From Candidatus Eiseniibacteriota bacterium (lineage in GTDB: Bacteria > Eisenbacteria > RBG-16-71-46 > JABDJR01 > JAWXBZ01): a stretch of 21,684 nucleotides of DNA. Both the position numbers and the translations under genes were made by a program. Positions 1 through 10,700 of this stretch are shown piece after piece (positions within the stretch are counted from its first letter, which is position 1; the number at the start of each line of letters is the position of its first letter). The notes under the pieces were generated by a model that had not been told where the DNA came from, made no database searches, and saw only the letters and a list, made by a program, of their open reading frames with translations. The DNA is taken from contig JAWXBZ010000222.1 in assembly GCA_034440375.1 (NCBI GenBank), positions 1 through 21,684 of the forward strand, given 5' to 3'.

Positions 1-2197
<2,197 letters not shown>

Positions 2198-2373
2198 GAC
2201 AACTCCGACTGCATTTTTCTGGTTGCTCGGACCACTCTGGCTCAGAGTCGAGCAACCTACCGCCACAGTCGGTGGTGGTGCTGTCGACGACCCTTTAACG
2301 AGAGTCAATCAGGGCAGACCCAGTACCCCAACTCCTGACGAGCGGGGCTTAGGTCCGGGTGATTAACGCTGGG
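2198..2373 (-). promoter_or_regulatory. Structured rpsG-fusA intergenic region, candidate cis-regulatory leader occluding the fusA RBS
   Basis: Nested inverted repeats at 2234-2239/2243-2248 (6 bp), 2221-2229/2249-2257 (9 bp), 2205-2211/2266-2272 (7 bp) and 2198-2203/2280-2285 (6 bp, one G-U on the mRNA strand). Further hairpins lie at about 2291-2314 and 2317-2356. The function is inferred. Confidence 0.5.
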
Positions 2374-2844
2374 TTACCAGCGGTAGTGCGCGAAAGCCTT
2401 GTTGGCGTCGGCCATCTTGTGCGTGTCTTCACGCTTCTTGATGGCGCCGCCTTCGTTCTTGGAGGCGGCCAGGAGCTCCGCAGCCAGACGATCCTGCATC
2501 GTGTGATCGGGACGATCCGACGCGTAGTTGATGGCCCACCGGAGTGCCAGCGCCAGGCGGCGGTCCGGACGGACCTCCACCGGCACCTGATAGGTGGCGC
2601 CACCGACGCGGCGGCTCTTCACTTCGACAACCGGCTTGATGTTCTGGATAGCCTGTTTCAGGATACCCATCCCTTCCTGGCCGGATTTTTCCTCGATGAT
2701 CTTGAGTGCGCTGTACATGATGCGCTCAGCCGTCGACTTCTTACCCTTGCCCATCAAGGCACTGATGAAACGGGTAACCAGGACCGAGTTGTACTTCGGA
2801 TCGGGCAACGGCTCAGCCCGGCGCTCGTATTTTTTACGTGGCAT
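2374..2844 (-). CDS. rpsG: 30S ribosomal protein S7
   Basis: 156 aa with [33 protein letters not shown] and the C-terminus [15 protein letters not shown]. It lies between rpsL and fusA. Confidence 0.99.
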   Translation of the reverse strand: MPRKKYERRAEPLPDPKYNSVLVTRFISALMGKGKKSTAERIMYSALKIIEEKSGQEGMGILKQAIQNIKPVVEVKSRRVGGATYQVPVEVRPDRRLALALRWAINYASDRPDHTMQDRLAAELLAASKNEGGAIKKREDTHKMADANKAFAHYRW

Positions 2845-2854
2845 CGATCAACCC

Positions 2855-3280
2855 CTACTTCTTGCCTGACTTGGCTGGCTTGCCGGTCGGCTTGGCGCCT
2901 TTGGCATCGGCCTTCTTCCGCTTGGTGCCGTACTTCGAGCGACTCCGGTTACGACCGTCGACGCCCGAGGCGTCGAGAGCCCCGCGGACGATATGATAGC
3001 GAACACCGGGCAGATCCTTGACACGGCCGCCGCGGATGAGAACGATCGAGTGTTCCTGGAGGTTGTGCCCCTCGCCCGGAATGTAGCAGGTGACTTCCAT
3101 GTTGTTGGTCAACCGCACACGGGCCACCTTCCGAAGGGCCGAATTCGGCTTCTTCGGGGTCGAGGTGTAGACACGGGTGCAGACGCCCCGCTTCTGGGGC
3201 GCGCCCTTCAGCGCCGGCGCGGTCGTCTTGGTTTTGACGCGCTCACGCCCTTTCCGCACCAGCTGACTAAGAGTTGGCAA
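2855..3280 (-). CDS. rpsL: 30S ribosomal protein S12 (TTG start, Lys-rich C-terminal tail)
   Basis: [49 protein letters not shown] and SRSKYG. A GGAGGT Shine-Dalgarno sits about 6 nt upstream of the TTG. Confidence 0.99.
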   Translation of the reverse strand: MPTLSQLVRKGRERVKTKTTAPALKGAPQKRGVCTRVYTSTPKKPNSALRKVARVRLTNNMEVTCYIPGEGHNLQEHSIVLIRGGRVKDLPGVRYHIVRGALDASGVDGRNRSRSKYGTKRKKADAKGAKPTGKPAKSGKK

Positions 3281-3374
3281 AACACGACCTCCAAGGTCAC
3301 ATTTCGTGTAAGTTGTTGTGTCATAACAAGATGACTAATGCAGTCCGAGGCAAGCTCGTAGACGCAGAACGGGA

Positions 3375-3403
3375 AGAATAGTGATCATGAGGGGTCATGT
3401 CAA
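3375..3403 (-). promoter_or_regulatory. Sigma-70-type promoter of the str operon (rpsL-rpsG-fusA-tuf)
   Basis: Minus strand reads TTGACA (3403-3398), a 17-nt spacer, then TATTCT (3380-3375). This is a perfect -35, optimal spacing and a 4/6 -10 keeping the key T-A---T positions, about 95 nt upstream of rpsL. Confidence 0.85.
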
Positions 3404-3418
3404 GCAATTAGTTGGTCG

Positions 3419-3498
3419 AAAAGCCCGGCGGAGGGCCAACAGACGACATTCGCCGGGAAATGGTGTCATCGGACCAGGACAACACGCCCGATGACACC
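3419..3498 (-). terminator. Tandem stem-loops downstream of the OmpA-domain gene, probable terminator
   Basis: An 11-bp perfect inverted repeat GGTGTCATCGG/CCGATGACACC (3462-3472/3488-3498) is followed by ATTT on the minus strand. A second repeat, CCCGGCG/CGCCGGG (3424-3430/3451-3457), is followed by CTTTT. The U-tracts are short. Confidence 0.5.
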
Positions 3499-3523
3499 CG
3501 AAGGAGATCCAACAGGACTGGCC

Positions 3524-4705
3524 TCAGCTCTTCGAGAACTCCACCCGGCGATTCATGGCTCGACCCTCGGGCGAGTCGTTGGTGGCCATGGGCGCCGTTT
3601 CACCCTTGCCGACGCCGGACATCCGGGCGGCGTCGATGCCGAAGTCGGCGGCCAGGCTGGCGGCAACGGCGGCGGCCCGCTTCTCGGAGAGGGTGAGATT
3701 GGCGCCGTCCTGCCCGACATTGTCGGTGTGGCCGATTATCTGTACGGAGACGTCCGGGTGCTCCTTCAGATACGCGGCGATCTGTCGCATCACCGGAGCG
3801 GACTCGGGCTTCAATCGGTCCGAGCCGGAATCGAAGACGATGCCGTGGGTGACGAACGGCATGGCCAGGAGGTCGGGGGGCGGCTTGCTCGCCTGCGCGA
3901 AGCGGACGTTGGTGATCATGGGCTGGGTCGAGGCCGCGAGGCGGATGCCGAACTGGGTCGCCGCTCCGGGGCCGGTGGCGACCTCCGGCACGTTGGCCAG
4001 TCGCTGCCGATCCATGTAGACCTTCAGGGCGTTCCCCTTGGCCATGAACATGATGTGATGCCGACCCGCCCGGGAGCCCCCATCCAGCGTAGTGGTCGAC
4101 TGAATCGACCCGGTTTCCAAGAACAGGCTGGTGCCCGCCGTCGGGAAGACGGCCCGCCAGACCTGGCTCCCGCCGGCATTCAAGCCATGGACGTTCAGGC
4201 AGGAACCGTTCGGCTCCTCGGAATAGAAATCGAACTCCAGCGTCCAGAATTCAGGGAGCTGGCCCATTGGGGGGGGCTTGAGGCGGATATCGCTGTCGTT
4301 GCTGGTGCAGCGGAGCCACCGTTCACCCGCCATCTCGGCCACCTCGAAGGTTCCATTGGCCAATTTCCAGCGGGCAGGAAATTCCCCGAGTTCATCCTGT
4401 GTGAAGTCGTCCATGAAGAGGACCTTGTCGCCCGGGACGTAATCGAACTTGGTGGAAACGGCGGAGATCTTGCCGCCGTCGGCGCCCTTCGCCCCACTCG
4501 AACCGGGGGCCTCGCCGGTCGAACCGGAGGGATCCGCCGGCGTGTCGGGTGTCGTCCCGGCGGCCTTTTCGGCCGCCTCCTTTGCCTTCCGCGCCTTTTC
4601 CTCAGCCTTCTTCTTGAGGTCACCCGGGCCAATGGCGGTCGCCTCGACGGCCAGGCTCCCGATGACGACCAGAATGGCGAGGGCACTGACAGTTCGAGGG
4701 GACAT
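3524..4705 (-). CDS. Exported OmpA/MotB-family peptidoglycan-binding protein with an N-terminal beta-rich domain (393 aa)
   Basis: The N-terminus is signal-peptide-like (MSPRTVSALAILVVIGSLAVEATA) and is followed by a Lys/Ala/Glu helix and a Gly/Pro/Ser linker. A central domain begins KFDYVPGDKVLFMDDF. The C-terminal OmpA_C motifs are FDSGSD, IIGHTDNVG, NLTLSEKRA, GKGETAP and GRAMNRRVEF. GGAGGT lies 5 nt upstream of the ATG. Confidence 0.9.
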   Translation of the reverse strand: MSPRTVSALAILVVIGSLAVEATAIGPGDLKKKAEEKARKAKEAAEKAAGTTPDTPADPSGSTGEAPGSSGAKGADGGKISAVSTKFDYVPGDKVLFMDDFTQDELGEFPARWKLANGTFEVAEMAGERWLRCTSNDSDIRLKPPPMGQLPEFWTLEFDFYSEEPNGSCLNVHGLNAGGSQVWRAVFPTAGTSLFLETGSIQSTTTLDGGSRAGRHHIMFMAKGNALKVYMDRQRLANVPEVATGPGAATQFGIRLAASTQPMITNVRFAQASKPPPDLLAMPFVTHGIVFDSGSDRLKPESAPVMRQIAAYLKEHPDVSVQIIGHTDNVGQDGANLTLSEKRAAAVAASLAADFGIDAARMSGVGKGETAPMATNDSPEGRAMNRRVEFSKS

Positions 4706-4773
4706 GGTGATACCTCCCGTAGGTGAGGAATGAACGACTCTGCCGGGAAGGCGCAGAAAAACTCCGGATCAGA

Positions 4774-7700
4774 TCACTCGGACAACATAAATAAACGTCG
4801 GGGAGTTGACTGCGCCCCGGTCAGGGCTTCGCGGTCGTCGGCAGCACTCCGCCCGCCGTTGCCCGGAGAGGGTTGACGGCTTCCCATGACGGCCGTCACC
4901 GAGTGCCGCTTGCCGTCGTCCACCAGCGGGATGGCCCGGGGATCGACGATGCGGCCGTCGAGGCGGGCCTCGCGGACGCCCCGACACTCGCCGTCGGGAT
5001 TCTCGACCGTGATCGCGTAGTGAGAGCTGCCGACCCGCCAGTCGATCGAATAGCGCGGCCAGGAGGCGGGAATGCACGGGTCGAGTTTGAATTCCGAGCC
5101 GTGCCGCGTGAGGCCGAGGATGCTTTCAATGCCGAGCCGGTAGAGCCACCCCGCCGACCCGGTGTACCAGGTCCATCCTCCGCGGCCGACGTGCAGCGGG
5201 TGGCCGTAGACATCGGCGGCCACGGCCCACGGTTCGGTCTTGTAGCGTGCCGTGTCGGCGGCGGTGCGAGAGTGGTTGATCGGGTTGAGCAGGTGGAAGA
5301 GCTCGACGGCTTCCTCGCCGTTGCCAAGCCTCGCAATGGCCATGGCCGTCCAGACGGCGGCGTGCGTGTACTGGCCGCCGTTTTCCCGGATGCCCGGCAC
5401 GTATCCCTTGATGTAGCCCGGGTCCATGGCCGATTGATCGAACGGCGGCGTGAGGAGCAGCACGATCTGCTGGGCCCTGCGGACGAGTTGGGCGCGCACC
5501 GCATCCATGGCCGACTCGGCCCGATGCGGAGGCGCCGCGCCCGACAGCACCGCCCACGACTGACTGATCGAATCGATGCGGCACTCGTCATTCTGGGCCG
5601 AGCCGAGCGGCGTCCCGTCGTCGAAGTAACCGCGGCGGTACCAATGTCCGTCCCAGGCCTGCTCCAACGCGCCGGCCAGCCGTCGCGCCTCCGCCTGGTA
5701 GCGATGGGCGCGGTCGTCCTGGCCGCGCGACTGACAAAGGGAGGCGATGCCGCCGAGGACGACGTGGAAGAACCACCCCAACCAGACGCTCTCTCCGCGG
5801 CCCCCGATCCCCACCCGGTTCATCCCGTCGTTCCAGTCGCCGGAACCGATCAGCGGCAGGCCGTGGGGCCCGGCGGTCAGTCCCCGGTCGACCGCACGGA
5901 GGCAGTGGTCGAAGAGCGAACCGGTCTGCGCCGACACGGACGGCAGCCGGTAGGACTCAGACTCGCCTGGTTCGAGCAGGGGGGCCTCGAGGTACGGAAT
6001 CACCACATCAAGAATCGAGGCGTCGCCGGTCACGCGCACGTACTCCACAGCGGCCCACGGAAGCCAGAGGAAATCGTCGGAGCAGCGCGTCCGCATGCCG
6101 CGGCCATCGTGCGGGTGCCACCAGTGTTGCGCGTCCCCCTCGACAAATTGTCGGCCGGCCGCGCGGATCAGGTGCTCGCGCGCCACTTCGGGCGCCGTGT
6201 GCAGGAGCGCGATGACGTCCTGGAGCTGATCGCGGAATCCGTACGCACCGCCCGGCTGGTAGAAGCCCGAGCGGGCCCAGATCCGGCAGGCCAGATTTTG
6301 ATAAACGAGCCAGCGATTGACGAGGAGATCGAAGGAGTCATCGGGCGTTGAAACCTGGATGGCCAGAAGCCGGCGGCTCCAGGCTCGACGCGACGACTCG
6401 CGGGCGCGGTCAGCCGCCTCGAGCGGGCGGTGACGCGTGACCAGTTCAAGCGCCGACTCGCGGCTGGCGGCCTGTCCCAGAATCCACGACACCCGCCGGG
6501 TGGCCCCCGGGGGAATGTCGAGGACGACGTGCAACCCCGCGCCCGGATCGAGCCCTGCGCCGACGCGGCCGCTCAGGTGGCGGCGGGCCAGGGCGGCCGG
6601 TGCGGCCGTCGAGCCGTTCCGGCCGAGGAATTCCAATCGGTCGCCGGTCACCGAAGCTGCCGATTCGCTGAGCGCGGCAAACGCCACTCGTCCCGGAAAA
6701 TCGCGATTCCAGGGGTTTCGGGCCAGGATGGCGGCGAGGTCCGGCACCGACTCGGTGATGATGTGGCGGTGATCGTCCGGCCGGCTTGGCCCAAGGACCC
6801 AGTCATTCCAGGCCATCAGGCTGATCTGCCGCGGAAGGGACCCCCGATTGGTCAGCGAGACGACCCCGTACTTGAGCGGCGCCTCGGGGTCGACGACAAC
6901 CTCGAACTCCTGATCGAGTCCCCGGGCCCGGTGGCGGAATGACGTACGCCCCGCTTCGTGCGAAACGATCCACCGCCCCCGCCGCGTGCGGTGTGGCATC
7001 GGTGCCGGCGTGGCCGACCAGAAATCGCCGGTCTCGTCGTCGCGCAGGTACACGGCCTCTCCCGTCGGGCGCGACACCGGATCGTTGGCGAACGGCGTCA
7101 GCCGATTCTGTCGGCTGCTCTCTGACCATGTAAAGGCCGATCCCGTTGTGGTGATCAACGTCCCAAATGTCGGGTTGGCGAGGATATTGACCCAGGGGGT
7201 CGGCGTGTCCTCGGCATCGTCGAGCAGCATGACCGCGGCGGGGTGATCCCCGCCGGTGAAGCCGCCGAGTCCATGGGGAATCGCGAACGACGGCGGATCG
7301 AGAGGCGCGTCCTCCGATGAAGTCTGCCCGGACGGTGCGGCCCCTTGCGAGGTTCCGTCCGGAGCGCCGACCGCCCTGGTGGGCGCGAACGGCGCGGGCC
7401 AGTTCGGCTCCTCGACGAGGCTCTGAACCTGGTCGGCCAGCTCGCCCCGGTCACCGCGCAGAATGGCCCGGGCCGCACAGGCCAGGAGGATGCCATCCGA
7501 CTCGGTCATGCCATCGCTGCGCAGGAGGAAGACGCCGCCCGGCCGGTCTCGCCAGCCGGCCCACGACCCGCTCTCGAGCAGGGTTTCGAGCTGGTGGTGC
7601 ATCTCGTCGCGATAATCCATCGAATGTTCGTTCAGGATGACGACATCGGCCGACAGGTTTTTGAGATGCCAGTACTCCTGCGCCTTCAGCACCTGCCGCA

Positions 7701-10700
7701 CCAGCGGCAGATCGTTTTCTTCCACGACGCGGACGAGCAGGATCGGGACATCGCCCGAGATGCCGAACGACCAGAGATCGGGTTGCCCCTTCTCGTTTCT
7801 GGCCTGCGTGTCGGCGTCAGCTTGAAGCGCCCCGTCCGCGCCAAGCACCAGCGAAGCCAGGCGCTGGTAGAGCTGGGCCTCGTCCCGCGACAGTCCGAGG
7901 TGACGCAGCTCGATCTGTGACCGCGCGCACGCCAGGCTGAACGCGCGCGTGGCCGCCGCCGGGTCGCGGTACTTGTCAGCCAGGACAGCCGCCGCGGCGT
8001 TCGAGTCAGCCATGCCGGTCGAGAACGCCAGCCGGGCGAACCCGCCGGCCGGCAGGCGGAGGCGGACGCGCAGACTGGCGATCGGGTCGAGAACGGCGCC
8101 GGCTGTACCGACAAGCGGTGTTTCGAGCGCCACCGGATCGGCGGCCGACCGACCCGCCCCCAGGAACCGGCTCCGGTCCGTTTCCCATTCCACGGGGCCC
8201 GAGAGCCGCCCATCGAGGCCGAGCACGTGGACGCCGCACGGCGTGGGATCGCCCTCGGCGCGCGGTCTCCGGGCCACCAGGATGGCGTGACTGTCGGGGA
8301 GCCAGGTGGTTTCAAGGAACAGTCGGTGGAAAGCCGGGTGGACCAGGTCCTCGGCTGGCGCGGCCAGGGCAAACTCCACGTAGCTCGTCACCTCGATTTC
8401 GCGCGGCTTGCCCGAGCGGTTGGTGATGGTGAGTCGTCTCACTTCCATGTCGTCCTCGGGCGAGACGGTAATCTCCATCCGCGTTTCGATGTCGTCCTCA
8501 ATCCGGTGGAAACCCGCCTTTTCCAGCTCGAACGTGACCAGGTACTCGGACGGCTCGCCGCCGATCGGGAGGTGGGCCGCCGACCAGGTCCGGCCGCTGC
8601 GAACATCGCGCAGGTACAGATACTGGCTCCCGGCGTCGCATGTCACATCCTCGCGCAAGCGCGTGACGGCCCGGCCACGACAGAGCGAAGCGCCGCCCCC
8701 CGCGTTGGTGATGAACGCGGTGTAGGTGCCGTTCGACAGAAAGTGCGTCTGGGGCCGGCTGGTGTGCGCCGATCGGAAGCGTCGGACGACGCCGCTCAAG
8801 ACGACGGGCACGGCGCGCGTCTCCTCTGCCGGGCGCATCGGTCCGATCGACACGCGGCGCGGCAGGCGCTCCTGCAGGAGCAGTTCGGTGGCCTGGATGC
8901 GCGGGTCGGCGTGAAACCGCCGCTGCATGACCCCCTTCTGGAGGACGTTGGCCAGGGCCAGGAGCGTCATCCCCTGGTGATGGGCCAGGAATGAGCGGAC
9001 GATCACGCCGGGGCCGACGCCCGGTCTGGACCCGGAACGCGGCTCGTTGGGGGCGGCGGCCGAGGCATCGCGGGTGAAATCGATGGCCTCGTAGAAACCG
9101 TAGCGTCCTTCGAGGCCGGCGTGGGCCAGTCGTTTCAGATTTCGGAGTGATTCCTCCAGATCGACCTGCGCGGCGAGAAACGTGGCATATGGCGCCACGA
9201 CCAGTTCCTCGCCGAGCCCCCGCTTCAGGCCGACGCCGGGGACACCGAACGCCTTGTACTGGTACTGCCCGACTCGATCCATGAGGGGGTAGCCCGACTC
9301 GGAGATCCCCCACGGAATGCCCTGCCGCGCGGCGAACTGGATTTGATGCGCCACCGCGCCGCGGCAGCTGGCATCGAGCATCGTGCCCGGATAGTTTTTG
9401 AGCAGCAGGAGCGGCATCAGGTACTCGAACATGGAGGCGCTCCACGACACCAGGGTCGGCAGGCCGTCGGCATCCACGAGCAGCCGCCCCAGGTGGAACC
9501 AGTGCTCTTCCGGCACATCCCCCTTGGCGATGGCGATGTAGCTGGCCAGCCGCGCTTCGGACGCCAGGAGGTCGTAGTAGCCAATGTCCGGCCGGCCGGG
9601 ACCCTCGCGGTCGGCAAGGCGATAGCCGATCGTGAAGAGCTTTCTTTCGCGGTCGAAGAGGAAGGTGAAGTTCATGGCCTCGAACTCGACCTCACACCGG
9701 TCGGCCACGGCCACGAGGCGTCGTCGGACGCCCGGATTGATGAGATCGGGACCGGCGATGTCTGCGCGCACCTTTTCGCGCAACCCGGCCTCAAGCGCGA
9801 GGTAGGCCCCGGCCAGGTTGCCGCTGTCGACGGTCGACACGTAGTACGGGTGGAGCGGCACCAGCGTTACCGTTTCGTACCAGTTCAGGAGATGGCCCTG
9901 GTGGTGCTCCAGCCTCTCGATCGTGTCCATCGCCCCTTCGAGGCGCTCGGCCAGCCCGTGGTCGCTCAGGAAGCCCAGGTCGTTTGCCGCCAGCGTTGAC
10001 AGGAGCCCCAGCCCGATATTGGTCGGCGAGGTCCGACGGGCCACCATCTCAATGGGCACCTCCTGCATGTTGTCCGGCGGCAGCCAGTTGTTTTCGGCGG
10101 TCATGTAGTGATCGAAATAGTCCCAGGTGCGCTTCGCCAGCCGATGGAGCCAGGCCCGCTCGTCTTCGGAGGGATCGAACTCCTTGACGCGGGCCGGCTG
10201 GCTCCAGCGATAAGCCAGGATCGGCGCCAGCGCCCAGAGCAAAAGGAAAGGGACAGCCGCCGGCAGCGCCTCGACGCGCAGGGGCACGATGATCGTGAAG
10301 AGAAAGAGCGCCATGATCGGGCTCATCCCCATCTCGACCACGTAGAACATGATTCCGCGCCCCTCGAAGAGCCGCGATACAAAGGCGGCCGGCTCCCACT
10401 CAAGGAGGCGCTGGCGGGTTATCAGGACCCGCACGAGCGTCAGGATGATGGCGTGGGTCATGCGGTAGGCGTGGTACGCCAGGAATGTCACTGACATCAG
10501 GGTCTGGGCCAGCGCCGTATTCAACTCGCGGTCGATCTCGCGGCTGAAGTGGCGCCAGCTCTGTCCAGGCCCCGGGCCGCGCAGCGCCTGGATGAGCGGC
10601 TGGTACACTGGAAACGCCAGCACGCCCAGGGCCGCCAGGGTCCAGCCAAGCGCTGACCCCGGAAAAACGGTCCAGGCCATGGCCAGAAGAACCAGGAGCG

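Noticed and set aside
2198..2308. 37-aa N-terminal extension of EF-G in the ORF track
   Set aside because: The upstream TTG has no clear SD. ATG 2197 has a GGAG and gives a normal EF-G N-terminus. The region is better explained as structured RNA.
3140..3165. Possible streptomycin-resistance allele in rpsL
   Set aside because: TPKKPNSA and RVKDLPG are the wild-type motifs.
3386..3399. Inverted repeat CATGA-GGGG-TCATG in the rpsL promoter spacer as an operator
   Set aside because: The arms are only 5 bp with no second copy in the window, so it cannot be distinguished from chance.
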